Assembly (NCBI GenBank): GCA_002269645.1
Contig: NIVC01002552.1
Location: 72,435 to 136,434, forward strand
Length of the DNA stretch: 64,000 nt
DNA from: Macrostomum lignano
Lineage: Eukaryota
Direction of reading: 5' to 3'
The notes under the pieces were generated by a model that saw only the letters and a program-made list of their open reading frames with translations, had not been told where the DNA came from and searched no databases. Numbering within the stretch: the stretch's first letter is position 1; the number at the start of each line of letters is the position of its first letter. Positions 35,371 to 48,540 of the stretch are shown one piece after another. Made by a program: the position numbers and the translations under genes.

Positions 35371-37387
35371 TAAAACATTACAAGTGCTTAAAGTTCAAAA
35401 ACATGATAGGACCCTCTTGTGGAATGATGCTACCTTTTTGCCATTTAAATGATCATAAATCTCATTTTGCTTTAATACTTTTAAAGCTAAAAGGGTAAAG
35501 AGGACAAATGTAATATATTAATTCATTTGTTTTTTATATCTTTTAGACAATATAGGATATTCAATAATAGGAATTAGAAAAGTAGCCCTACAACACAATA
35601 ATAGGCCTAGGCCTAATACAAATGCCTACAGACATAGTCTATACTAACATTAGTAATAATAGGGCCTAGAGGCTAGTAGAGCCTAGTAAAAATGCATTAG
35701 GCCTACATAATAAATCACTAAAATGATAAAATAAAATGTTGAAATTTAACTTCAAGTTAAGATACAAGATAAGGGCCTACAAAGTTTTATAAGGCCTAAA
35801 TTTTTCTATTATTTGACAAGACTAATTAAAAGCAAGTGTCTTTTTACCTAGCCTTAGCTTAGCCTTAGCCCTTAGGAGGCTAGGCCTAGCCCCAGGCAAA
35901 TCAAATAAGGTTTATCATTAGGCCCCTATCAACTGAAATAGAAAAAATCTTTCAAAATTTCTATGGAGTCTCAACACTATTAAAAAGGCTTATAAATTAC
36001 ATACATTCATTTAAAATAATTAAAATATAGTAATAATAGTTTAGTTACTGGACTGGACTAGACTGGACCCACTGATCACTGCAAACTAATTTTAAGCCTA
36101 ATCTTGATTATCTTGCCTTGCCTTTGTTTAGGCCTTAGCCCTTAGGCTAAGGATCTGTTTTGTTACACTGATTGGATTTAATCGACCCTTTCTTTAGGCT
36201 TAGCTTTGTAAAGTGTCGCACGCATGCACACAGATGATAATACAAAGTAAGAATGTTTGGTGTGTTGATTCCTTGATCTATTGTGTTACATAGCGTTGGC
36301 GTAGCAACTATAGATCGCATGAGGCAGAAACTTATCGACAAGGGCACGAGGCATAGATAAAATTTTCGGTGTTAGCATAGATTAACAATATTTTTTGTCT
36401 TTTAAAGTTTTTTCTACATACTGTATTTACTTTCAAAATGAACAAGTTTTAATTAAGAATATTATTTGAAAAATATAATTTGTTTTACACACGAAAATTT
36501 TCGCTTTCAGGAGTCTAAAAAAATAACTGACCTAAGAAAAGCGCTTTTGCACTAGCAACTTTGCGAGAAATAGAACAAGGCAAGCTGTGAGCTGTATGAT
36601 TGATATACAGATACTATTTTGCCCAAAAAAGTCTTTAAAGTAGTCGACGGTTAGTATTTACTACCAGTTGACCATTCCTTTAGAAACTTTAGAAGCATAT
36701 CGACCATGGAATTTTATATTCTTTTGGCTTTGACCACTTCGCTTCTGCAGCTGGTTCATGACCAGCTCATTAAGTCGATAAATTTAATTTTAACCATTTA
36801 ATTTTTAAATATTTAATGACATTTTACCTTGTGCAACGCTTAAAGATTCCAAGTTTAAATATAGTGTTGATTTTTTAATTTCTGGGACTATAATATACAC
36901 ATTGGGCATATTGTTTTATAATCTGTTTCATGATTTACCTTATTATTTATTCTTAGTAACTGTAAATAGATTTTCTTACTTTGATATTATGCTTTGGCCT
37001 TTCAGCTTTAGGGTGCTTATATTTTCAATTGTTTGACTTAAAAGTTACCTATGTAACTAGGATACTTACTAACATTACCTATACTCATAGTAATGTCTAA
37101 TATTATATGTTTACTTAGGCCTATTGGCTTTTTAAGTAGCTATTAAGTAAAAATATTGTTTTTGAGTCAACAAATTGAATATTAAATTTTTTTCGAGCTG
37201 TACTTCTATTTTTTGCCATCTTTGTTGCCTAATATATACTTTGCTGTAGTTGTAGTTGACATTGACATCTTGATTAAATGTTCAAAATAGTTTTTAATCT
37301 AGGAATTCACTATATAATGAAACATTATCCTTTTCTGCCAACTATTTACTACTTGACACAATTTTGCAAACCTTTGAAGACAACAAA

Positions 37388-38908
37388 ATGCTTCCATTCT
37401 ATGACCCCACATCCACACCACAGCCTTTTCCAATGCCATTCCTTCCTATGCCTGGGGAGCCCATGCCCATTCCCATGCCTATACCTATGCTGATGCCTAT
37501 GGGCAACTGGGATGCCTACAAAAGGCCCGAGCAATGGGACCCAGACCATCCAAGCCGCAATTCTGAGCCTGCGCCATCACGGCAGTGTCTGAAGCGCTTC
37601 ACCGACGATCTTCGCCGCCTTTGCCGTCAGCCGCAGCCTCTGGCCGAAGTGTTTCCCGACGAGGAATGCGCAGTGCGCGCGGAGCTGCTGCTTCGAGGCG
37701 GCGACGGCACTCCCTATGCTGGCGGGTTCTTTCACTTCTCAGTCCGCGCGCCGCCAGACTATCCGCAGCGACCGCCCTACGTGGCCTTCCGCACAGCCAG
37801 CCACGGCGACAGGGTTCGGTTCCATCCCAACTTCTATGAGAGAGGCTGCGTGTGTATGAGCATTCTGGTGAGCTTTGAAAGCCCACTGATCATTTTTGGT
37901 ATATAGGATTTTTTCTTAATAGGTATCCTAATAGGTAGTTGTGCAACTGACAGCTCAGCCGCAGCTATTTCAAGGACTGGGGGGTCGCCACACACACACA
38001 CACACACACACAGCTAATGCTGGAACTGGAACCCATTCTACAGCTGGGTGAACTGAAGCAATGCAGAGTTAAGCGTCTCGCTCAAGGACACAAATTGTTC
38101 CGAGTGGGGTCCAGAATCGAACCCTCGACCTTCAAGTCGTGAGTCCGACGCCCTAACCAACTAGACTACGACTCCCTTGGCGTACGCAGGATTTGCTACT
38201 CTGGAACGCTCGTATTTGGTGTTTTGATATGCTTGCCCTAGGGCGCCTCTGCTTATATCTTTCGTTTCGTAGACCGGTGGATGCCATGTCTTACAGGGGC
38301 AAAAGTTGAGCTTGAGCTCCTGTCTCTCGTCGAGCTTAGTTATCTCTTTGACTTCATTTTTTTGGGATGATTGTAGCGTTGTACCTACAATGTACCTACA
38401 GTTATTGCAAAAATATACGGCTTTTTCTGATACAAGCCAATAAAAATTCCTTAATCCTATTCAGAACACCTGGGGAGAATGCACTTGGGATTCAAGCTAC
38501 CGCCTGGAGAACATAATCCACGACATGCAATTTCGACTTGATGACCAGCCATTGAAGCACGAGCCGGCACCGATGCGAGAATGCGAGCAAAGCAATCAAC
38601 ACTACAACGACCAAATCGCCTACGAGACTCTGCGAATCGCCGTCTGCCAGCAGCTGGAGCAGCGCTCGCTGCCGCCGGCCCTGCACTTGTCCGCTGCCCG
38701 ATACTTTGTTGACAACTTCGATGCTTACCTGGGCAGGTGTCACAAGCTCAAGAAGAGACTGGACGGTCTGCCCATTCGAAACGTGTACAATCCCGGCAAA
38801 GAGACGTTCGAGGACACCTTCGAGTTTGCCGCGGTAGCCAAGCGCTTGGAGAAGTTGCTACCGAAGGCTCGGGCTGATATTGAGGCTGCGGACGCGGCTG
38901 AGAACTGA
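37388..38908 (+). CDS. UBE2Z: Ubiquitin-conjugating enzyme E2, UBE2Z/USE1-like. Exons: 37388-37867, 38465-38908
   Basis: WDP...CLKRFTDDLRRL, GTPYAGGFFHF...PPDYPQRPP.V.F, RFHPNFYERGCVCMSIL|NTW (catalytic Cys retained), and a UBE2Z-like extension HEP...YNDQIAYETLRIAVC. Confidence 0.8.
37985..38176 (-). mobile_element. tRNA-derived SINE with CORE-like central domain and (TG)n tail, in the UBE2Z intron
   Basis: Minus strand reads GGGAGTCGTAGTCTAGTTGGTTAGGGCG (A box)...GGTTCGATTC (B box), then TGTGTCCTTGAGCGAGACGCTTAACTCT...CACCCAGCTGTAGAATGGG (MIR/CORE-like), then (TG)n. Confidence 0.8.
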
Positions 38909-39719
38909 GCTGCGTGAGAGCCTTGATCTCAAGGGAGCTATTTTTACTCGTTCATAAAAATTCATTCATCAAGAAACCTCAACGCTCTGCCTATTTTTGA
39001 ATGTACGAGAAACATTGAATATAGCTACTCAAGATTTTACCAGTCGATTCAAACAAATTTAAAAAAGCGATGTTCTGTGATCACCGCAGCTGTTGCAATT
39101 GTTGCAGGCTGTCACCTTACTACTTCAAGTAGGCTAGTATATTCTACGTTGCCAGAATTCCTAAAAGTTGCTTTTTCAGATCAACATTTTAATCGAGTAT
39201 CATGTACTAGTGTTGGCGTGAAGTTTTACGCCGGTTGTTATGTTCTGAGAAACAAATCTTGCTTGGCAGTCATGAAGTTTTATTAAAAAATTACATAAAC
39301 GTAAGCAGAATAATTTTGGAATAATATGTGCGCTGAAAGCATTTTGCCAGCAGTTCTTTTAATTTAATTATTTTAGTTTTCTTGTTTCACTTACTTAAAG
39401 TAGCAATGCAAGCGTCTCCAACGGAGTGGTATAGCTTTCGCTTATCTATAGAAGACGCTATGGACCAATAGAAAGCTGAGACGCAACGTACGCTAACAAT
39501 GCGAGTAGAGAATAAAGTAAGCACAGCTCGGGCATTCTGTGCTGTCTGATATATGAAGCAAGCAAATGAGCTGCGAGTTGAGCACTGCGTGTTCCGCCGG
39601 GTTGACCAGCGCACTGAGCCTGCTCAGGGTCAGTATTAAACTTTGTCTCCAAGTTTCCAAGGTCTAAGCCGAATAATCGCAAAGTTGATTGCGCAATCTG
39701 TTTGCCGACCGCCGCAAGT

Positions 39720-42700
39720 ATGGTCAGGTTGCTGGCTCTGTCTCTGCTGCTAGCCTGTCTGCTGGGCCCAGGTAAGTGTTGCCATTGATAAGAGAGCTGC
39801 GCGCATCCAACTCGCTTCAGGGGGCGTTGCCAGGATGCTTCATTTGGTCGTTTTCAGGAGTGGGCAATTTCATTTGAGGTGGCCCATTTGGTTTCAAGGG
39901 CCTCATTGGACTGGGAGATTGCACCAGGTGCATCATTTCATTTGACTGGGACATAGCAACAGGTGCGCCATTTCATTGGACTGGGAGATTGCACCAGGTG
40001 CGCCATTGCATTGGACTGGGACATAGCAACAGGTGCGCCATTTCATTGGACTGGGACACACATGTAAGCACCAGGTGCGCCATTTCATTGTACTGGGAGA
40101 TTGCACCAGGTGCGCCATTTCATTGGACTGGGAGATTGGACCAGGTGCGCCATGTTATTGGACTGGGACATAGCAACAGGTACGCCATTTCATTGGACTG
40201 GGACACACATGTAAGCACCAGGTGCGCCATTTCATTGGACTGGGAGATAGCAACAGGTGCGCTATTTCATTGGACTGGGAGATTGTACCTACAGGTGCGC
40301 CATTTCATTGGACTGGGAGATAGCAACAGGTGCGCCATTTCATTGGACTGGGAGATAGCACCTACAGGTGCGCCATTTCATTGGACTGGGAGATAGCACC
40401 TACAGGTGCGCCATTTCATTGGACTGGGAGATAGCACCTACAGGTGCGCCATTTCATTGGACTGGGAGATTGCACCTACAGGTGCGCCATTTCATTGGAC
40501 TGGGAGATTGCACCAGGTGCGTCATTTCATTGGACTGGGAGATTGGACCAGGTGCGCCATGTTATTGGACTGGGAGATTGCACCAGGTGCGCCATTTCAT
40601 TGGACTGGGAGATTGCACCAGGTGCGTCATTTCATTGGACTGGGAGATTGGACCAGGTGCGCCATGTTATTGGACTGGGAGATTGCACCAGGTGCGCCAT
40701 TTCAATGGACTGGGAGATTGCACCAGGTGCGTCATTTCATTGGACTGGGAGATACAGGTAGATTGTAGCTTCGATCTGTTGCCTCAACATGAGGAGCATA
40801 TTACTGGTTCCAATGTTCGCTCAAAACGATTAAACCGTCGACAGACAAAAAGTTGAACAAAATTAAAACAAAAGGATAAAAGTTAACAACTTCAAAAGTT
40901 AAACAAAAATGCTCACTTTATTTCAAATTCAACACCATGTAAGCATTGCGGCATTGTGGCCAACAAGCATGACCAGAATTTCCATCTTTTCTATCCATTT
41001 TTCAAAGAAACACAAGCGCATTTAATATTAACAACATCTTTCAATAAATTTTGGAGTAGCTACGCTAATGCTACGTACACCGAAAGCGGACTTTGATTCA
41101 CTTTGCAACTCTGCATGGATTTTGCCCCGTATAATTATTGGCTTGCAGAAAAAGCAAGCAGAAATTGCTGAGGTTGTCGCAAAAGAAGAACCCTTAGAAA
41201 CTCTAATTGCAGCTTCGCATATAGAAATGAATCATGCAAGTTTTGCTACATCTCGGGTTCTCTCAGTCTGAATAGGCATCACTGGCACAGGCAAATCTCT
41301 GCCCGAATTTTACCTGGGCGGCATTTAATTTACTCGCAAAGGCGAGCTGTAGTTTTCTTTCTCCCGCGGCGGGGGCGGCTGCACCGAACGGCCTCGCAAC
41401 CATCAGGCTCAGCTTGCAAATTGTGCATCTATGCGAGATGAGCCTGGCCATTGTGCAGCCCCTCTTGCACACCTCTTGCTACTCCGCAACGCTGTTCAAT
41501 TAGACTTTGCAGTAAGAATTTGCTCAGAGAGTTGCGCAGCCTCTTTTAGTCAGCAGAACTTGGCCAGAGATGAGACGGTCAGGCCTGCAGAACACCACTT
41601 TAGGGCTTTGGGGCTGGGGCAGCTGGAGCAAGTAGGGGCCCTTGCCCAATAGACAAGTAAGCCAAAAATCTTTTTCCAAATGTTCATTTTTGCATTTGCA
41701 TTCAGTATGTCTGCCAGACCTTCTTATTTTATTAATGGCAATAACTGAATAGCTTTCATAGTGAAACACAGGCACAAATTGTTCTGTATTCCAGCATTGT
41801 GACAATTCTTGAAGTTGCGAAAATTTTATCTGTACTCGTAATAAGCCAAGCTAAAATCAAATTACAAGCTCTGGGTGAGCTAAAATGTATGGAAATGACT
41901 GGATGGACAATCTTGCACTGTTCAAGGTCAAAATGTTCTCTGTCTACGCTCGAAGGTGATAGCTTATGTTGTGTTCAGAAACACTAGAGTTGGTTCGTTT
42001 TACTAGTGGTACTAAACAACGTAAATTACTAAATAAAGCCATACTTTTTACTTATTGTACGCCCATTTGCGTGATTTCTGATGTGGTCAATGAACTCAGC
42101 TTGTTAGTCGTAGCCTGTCCTCGCACGAACCGTTCACAGCCAGGTGCCAAGGATCCATATCCTCCTCCGCCTCGTCTTCATCAAGCACTGACGTGCGCAT
42201 CCGGGTGTCGGTGTCCGAGCACCTGGTCACGCTGAGCTGCGACGTGATCGCTACAGGCGCCGGTGCAGACGATCACAAAGTGCAATTCTACTGCCCTGTG
42301 CTGTCAAGCAGCCTGCAGTGCTTCGGCGAGTGCAGCCCGATCTGCAACATGCAGAGCGACGGCAGCTGCCCAGTGATTGACCCCATTCTCGTGTCGGGCG
42401 TCTCCTGTGATAGGACGGTGCGCCCACCGGACGCCAAAACTGTCAGCCTGACGGTGGACACGCGACTGCCGCGGTTGGCCGGCGCCTGGAGCTGCAAGTT
42501 CCGTGGAGCGGTCAGCGCCACGGTGGACCTGACTGCCTACGTCATGAAGACCACCTTCGCACCGACGCAGCCAATGCCTACAGGCAGGCGTGGCGCGGCT
42601 GCTGCTGCAGGTGAGTACCTCGAACTGCGACTCGATGCCGCAACTCGGCAGGGATGCCACTAAATTTGCGGCTGGCAGAGGTTGTCAAGACCGTTCTGCT

Positions 42701-45700
42701 GTATATAGTTCGAGATGCTGAGTCTTTTATAAATATAATAGGTTATAGTTTTGCCATAAACTTAAATAGAAAACCCAATGAATGCGCGATACTTTCTCCG
42801 CCAACGCAGAGTCGCCACCGACCAGCGCGCCCGCCGCAGCCGACTTAGGCGTCTGGAAGCCGGACGTCAGGCGGTTCCCCGCAGACCTCGCTGCAACGCA
42901 GGACGATTTGGACCGGCACCCGAACTGTATGAATTCCCACAGTATATGCTGCACTAGCCGATTAGCTCACTAATTGCCTTCCATTTCGTCAAAATTCCAG
43001 TGGCAAAGTTTGCCCGCACAGACTACATAATTGGGGTGCTCGCAGTCATGTCAGCATCGTTGCTGCTCAATCTGGGCTTCTGCGTGCGCTGCATCCTGGC
43101 AAGGCACTACGTGGGTGAGTTGATTACTTCAACTGCGGTAGTTTTACCATTCAAATTTATTTGTTGGCAATGATTGTAAAGTAACAACCCAGACACGAAC
43201 TGCAGACTGCTGCTCACCTACTGTTCAAGACCGGACACTTTAGCGCAGGGGTCGGCAAACCGCCCCCGGGCCACATGCCGCCCACAAAGCCTCTCTATCC
43301 GGCCCTCGGGTTCTTTGAGACTTCACAATAGCAATCCGGCCCGCTCGGTGTTTGTGTCTTCTCAGCTCTCCTCTCCTCTCTCTTCTCTCATCCCCTCTCC
43401 TCTTCTCTAATCTCCTTCCTCTCCTCTCTCCTCTTTCTCCTCTCCTCTCCTCTCCTCTCCTCCTCTCCTCTTATCCTCTCTTCTCTCCTCTTCTCCTCTT
43501 CTCCTCTCCTCTTCTCTTCTCTTCTCTTCTCTTCTCTTCTCTTCTCTTCTAATCTCTTCTCTTCTAATCTCTTCTCTTCTCTTCTAATCTCTTCTCTTCT
43601 CTTCTCTTCTCTTCTCTTCTCTTCTCTTCTCTTCTCTTCTCTTCTCTTCTCTTCTCTTCTCTTCTAATCTCTTCTCTTCTCTTCTCTTCTAATCTCTTCT
43701 CTTCTAATCTCTTCTCTTCTCTTCTCTTCTCTTCTCTTCTCTTCTCTTCTCTTCTCTTCTCTTCTCTTCTCTTCTAATCTCTTCTCTTCTCTTCTCTTCT
43801 CTTCTCTTCTCTTCTCTTCTCTTCTCTTCTAATCTCTTCTCTTCTAATCTCTTCTCTTCTCTTCTCTTCTTTTCTCTTCTCTTCTCTTCTCTTCTCTTCT
43901 AATCTATTCTCTTCTCTTCTCTTCTCTTCTAATCTCTTCTCTTCTAATCTCTTCTCTTCTCTTCTCTTCTCTTCTCTTCTCTTCTCTTCTCTTCTCTTCT
44001 CTTCTCTTCTCTTCTCTTCTCTTCTAATCTCTTCTCTTCTCTTCTCTTCTCTTCTCTTCTAATCTCTTCTCTTCTCTTCTCTTCTCTTCTCTTCTAATCT
44101 CTTCTCTTCTAATCTCTTCTCTTCTCTTCTCTTCTCTTCTAATCTCTTCTCTTCTCTTCTCTTCTCTTCTCTTCTCTTCTCGTCTCTTCTCTTCTAATCT
44201 CTTCTCTTCTAATCTCTTCTCTTCTCTTCTCTTCTTTTCTCTTCTCTTCTCTTCTCTTCTCTTCTAATCTATTCTCTTCTCTTCTCTTCTCTTCTCTTCT
44301 CTTCTAATCTATTCTCTTCTCTTCTCTTCTCTTCTCTTCTCTTCTCTTCTCTTCTCTTCTAATCTATTCTCTTCTCTTCTCTTCTCTTCTCTTCTCTTCT
44401 CTTCTCTTCTCTTCTCTTCTCTTCTAATATCTTCTCTTCTAATATCTTCTCCTCTATTTCGTCTCTCTTCTTTATTCTCTCGCCTCTTTTTTATCCTCTG
44501 TCCCCTCCCATGTCCCGCAGTCATGCGCCAGGTAACCAAGGTTCTGTATCTGGCCCTTGAGGTAAAAAAGTTGCCCACCCTGCTTTAGCGGAATGCTAAT
44601 CTTCATTCCCGCATTTCCGCATTCAGCCAAACAAATTTCTCTGCCTCCCAGCGCCATGAGTTGGCTGAATAAATCGAATTTCCGTTTTCCTTGTTTGAGT
44701 GCCTTCTGGAGACGCAAAATTGGCTATACGCCGAAATGAGGGGAGGAGTTATCGCAGTGTACTTTAAATTGGTTTTCAATCCTGACCGCAGATTTTGCCT
44801 GGCTGCCTGCGGTTCCGACCTCGCTGGGACAAGGAAACAGAGCGCTGGGGGGGGGGCTTGAAGAGGGGCGTGGGAGGCCGGAAGCGAGCGCTGGTGGCGA
44901 GTAGAATTTCTGGAACGAGCGAGTTAACAAGCTGAGAGCTGAGGCAAATTGAAAGTGCGTCTTCAACATCAGCTTCGATTGCCATCATCTCAATCTTCAC
45001 TTGTTCAGCGCATTCTTGAAACAGACTCTTTGATCAGCTTGTCTTTCCAAGCAATCTATGCCGATTTTCCCTGAGGAGAATTGCCATTCATCCAATGTTT
45101 TCTCAAGCTTATTCTGCAAGTTTCCCTGAATAGTGCTCACTTAAAATTGTGGTAAAATTTCTAGACATTAAAGACCGTCTGAGCGTTGTCGTTGTTGACC
45201 GTTGCCCCGGAATTTGAGTCGGCAGAGTCTGGTGCATTTCTTAGAAATCGTCAGCCTGAAAGATCCTTCGACAACCTCAAAGACGTAGCACAAGTTTTAC
45301 TGATGAAGTTCCTTCATTGAGCAGTTATCCGAAATTGCAGAAACGCGCAGACGAAACCAGAGGAAGCCACTGGGTTGGCTGGGCAGCTGCCTCTGCGTGA
45401 GCACTGTACAGGTGGATCTGGACGCGGCCGAGGCAGCGCACGGGCAGCAGCGCTCCACCGGCCAGAGGCAACGCCGGCAAGAGGGCCTGGGTGTGGCCGA
45501 GATGAGCACCGGCTCCCAGAATCAGCGGCTTCTGCAGAAGCAGCAGCAGCAGCAGCAGTGCTTGTACTGCATGCAGACCGACTGTCGCATTCTCTACGAC
45601 GACGTTGCTCGCACCGGCAGCGAATGCGGCAGCAGCTGCTTCAGAGGCTACGCAGGCGGCGGTGCCGGCGGCTCATTTCGAATGCCGACCGTCAGCGGTC

Positions 45701-46426
45701 GCGGGGCCGGCTCAATTTCCATGTCGGGGGTGCCCGAAGAGTCTTCGGTGGGGCGCGACGTCGATAGAGAAGCTGACGCTGCGTCATCCATGGGACAGCA
45801 GGTGAGAGGTCTCTGAAATCTTTGAAGTGATGCATGAGTCCGGTTTGAGCATGAGACTTGTGTGAGCATGAGACTGGTGTGAGCATGAGACTGGTGTGAG
45901 CATGAGACTGGTGTGAGCATGAGACTGGTGTGAGCATGAGACTGGTGTGAGCATGAGACTGGTGTGAGCATGAGACTGGTGTGAGCATGAGACTGGTGTG
46001 AGCATGAGACTGGTGTGAGCATGAGACTGGTGTGAGCATGAGACTGGTGTGAGCATGAGACTGGTGTGAGCATGAGACTGGTGTGAGCATGAGACTGGTG
46101 TGAGCATGAGACTGGTGTGAGCATGAGACTGGTGTGAGCATGAGACTGGTGTGAGCATGAGACTGGTGTGAGCATGAGACTGGTGTGAGCATGAGACTGG
46201 TGTGAGCATGAGACTGGTGTGAGCATTGAGTTGAGTCCTCCTTGCATTCATGCTACCGGCAATTGTGCAGGATGATGCGGGGTCGGACATCTCAGCCTCT
46301 GGCGGCGGTGCCGGAAGTCGGCTGGCCCTGAGCCGCCGCATGCTTCGAAAGGCCGACACTCTTCTGCGAGAGGCGAATTCTCTGCTGGTAGAAACCGAAC
46401 CCACTACTGACCAGTCTCCTGAGTAG
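39720..46426 (+). CDS. Orphan type-I membrane protein, 449 aa: signal peptide, single Cys-rich Ig-like domain, TM helix, cytoplasmic tail. Exons: 39720-39771, 42140-42610, 42810-42926, 43022-43114, 45341-45801, 46271-46426
   Basis: MVRLLALSLLLACLLGPA signal; VTLSC...LAGAWSCKF Ig-like cysteine pair; TM YYIIGVLAVMSASLLLNLGFCV followed by a basic stop-transfer. All six exons join in phase through GT-AG introns (1350 nt). Confidence 0.8.
39900..40760. repeat. 35-38-bp minisatellite (CAGGTGCGCCATTTCATTGGACTGGGAGATTGCAC) in intron 1 of the Ig-like gene
   Basis: More than 20 tandem copies. Confidence 0.95.
43246..44582. mobile_element. Non-autonomous hAT (Charlie-like) element containing a ~1.1-kb (TTCTC)n microsatellite
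   Basis: Ends CAGGGGTCGGCAAAC / AAGTTGCCCACCCTG; 8-bp TSD CTTTAGCG at 43238-43245 and 44583-44590. Confidence 0.88.
43370..44470. repeat. (TTCTC)n microsatellite with TTCTAATCTC interruptions
   Basis: Visible directly. Confidence 0.98.
45845..46225. repeat. 17-bp minisatellite (GGTGTGAGCATGAGACT), last intron of the Ig-like gene
   Basis: About 22 near-identical copies. Confidence 0.97.
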
Positions 46427-47384
46427 TATAGCTTGAGTTTTGTACGAAGCAGCGACCTCCAGTGACAAAATGATGAGCAAGTTCTGTAGCGACAGAACTT
46501 ATTTATTATTCATGCACCTCGATGTTGCTTCCATTTCTGCCGTACTGATTTAAGACTTGAGCATAAAATTTTTTAATTAATAATTTTTGAACCTCATGCT
46601 GTAAAAATAGCAATTCTTGTATGCTTTGGTGTTTCCTCGCAAATATTACTTTAAGTAGCAGTGAAAGCGGCTGAAAGTCCTATGAATAAAAAGTAATCGA
46701 GCTTAGTTGCTTCCTTATTTATAAATTCAATTTCAGAAATTTCAAGCCTCTGAAAAGAGATTCATAATGAATTTAAATGATGTTGCTGACGATATATTTT
46801 AGCAAAAGAAGATACAAGAAGGTCCCACCTGTGCTCAACAAAAGAAAGAAAGAAGAAAGAAGAAAGAAAGCAAAAGAAAAGTTCTGAAAAAAGCAAATAT
46901 AGAAATTTTAACACTCTGATTAATCCAGAATTTTCATACTTGAGGCGTAAGTGCTGTTTCGGAGCCTTGCTGGAGAGTTCAGTATTTGAGGCTGTCATCA
47001 GGCGTCGGGCGTCAGTACTCGAATTCGTGAATCGCTTGCCAAGCCTGTTGCCATGACAACGCTGTATGCAAAACCCAAAGTGTCTGACTAAAATCGGATT
47101 GTTTAAGAAAAGGAAACTTCACCACAGTCAAATTTTAATAAGAAAATAAACAATAAAGGTTAATGAGTGTGGCAAAAATCTCAAAAAACTTCTAGACAGT
47201 TTCCACTTGTAATTCTACAAATTAAGAAAAACATTCTTGGTCTATAGGTTAAGGAGACCTCAAATTAGTCAAAAACGAAAGCGGCTTACAAGAGCAGATC
47301 CCACTATATCAGATCAATGAAAATCCCATTTGCCTGCGTGCGTCCCACTCAGCCCCAGTGGGATAATACCAATATTTGGTGTCT

Positions 47385-48540
47385 TGTTGAGCGCCCCTGT
47401 CTCTTGGTGAGCGCCTCTGTCTCTTGGTGAGCGCTCAAGTCTCTTGATGAGCGCCCCTGTCTCTTGGTGAGCGCTCAAGTCTATTGGTGAGCGCTCAAGG
47501 CTCTTGGTGAGCGCTCAAGTCTATTGGTGAGCGCTCAAGTCTCTTGGTGAGCGCTCAAGTCTATTGGTGAGCGCCCCTGTCTCTTGGTGAGCGCTAAAGT
47601 CTATTGGTGAGCGCTAAAGTCTATTGGTGAGCGCTCAAGTCTATTGGTGAGCGCCCCTGTCTCTTGGTGAGCGCTAAAGTCTATTGGTGAGCGCTAAAGT
47701 CTATTGGTGAGCGCTCAAGTCTATTGGTGAGCGCCCCTGTCTCTTGGTGAGCGCTCAAGTCTATTGGTGAGCGCTCAAGTCTATTGGTGAGCGCCCCTGT
47801 CTCTTGGTGAGCGCTCAAGTCTATTGGTGAGCGCTCAAGTCTATTGGTGAGCGCTCAAGTCTATTGGTGAGCGCCCCTGTCTCTTGGTGAGCGCTCAAGT
47901 CTATTGGTGAGCGCTCAAGTCTCTTGATGAGCGGCTCACCCCTGTCTCTTGGTGAGCGGCTCACCCCTGTCTCTTGGTGAGCGGCTCACCCCTGTCTCTT
48001 GGTGAGCGGCTCACCCCTGTCTCTTGGTGAGCGCTCAAGTCTCTTGATGAGCGCCCCTGTCTCTTGGTGAGCGCTCAAGTCTCTTGATGAGCGCCCCTGT
48101 CTCTCGGTGAGCGCTCAAGTCTCTTGGTGAATGCCCCTGTCTCTCGGTGAGCGCTCAAGTCTCTTGATGAGCGCCCCTGTCTCTTGGTGAGCGCTCAAGT
48201 CTCTTGGTGAATGCCCCTGTCTCTCGGTGAGCGCTCAAATCTCTTGGTGAATGCCCCTGTCTCTTGATGAGCGCCCCTGTCTCTTGGTGAGCGCTCAAGT
48301 CTCTTGATGAGCGCCCCTGTCTCTCGGTGAGCGCTCAAGTCTCTTGGTGAATGCCCCTGTCTCTCGGTGAGCGCTCAAGTCTCTTGATGAGCGCCCCTGT
48401 CTCTTGGTGAGCGGCTCACCCCTGTCTCTTGGTGAGCGCTCAAGTCTCTTGGTGAATGCCCCTGTCTCTCGGTGAGCGCTCAAATCTCTTGGTGAATGCC
48501 CCTGTCTCTTGGTGAGCGCCCCTGTCTCTTGGTGAGCGCC
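47385..48540. repeat. 20-bp minisatellite (GTCTCTTGGTGAGCGCTCAA / ...GCGCCCCT)
   Basis: More than 50 copies with two alternating variants. Confidence 0.97.

Noticed and set aside
38100-38176. Possible tRNA gene
   Set aside because: It continues directly into a CORE-like SINE body and tail, and the acceptor stem is imperfect, so it is a SINE head.
41260-41810. Fragments with Cys/His (CKNEHLEKDF) hinting at a THAP or transposon remnant
   Set aside because: Too short and fragmented to support a call.
45648-46404. Minus-strand ORFs with 17-aa repeats
   Set aside because: Translation of the 17-bp intronic minisatellite.
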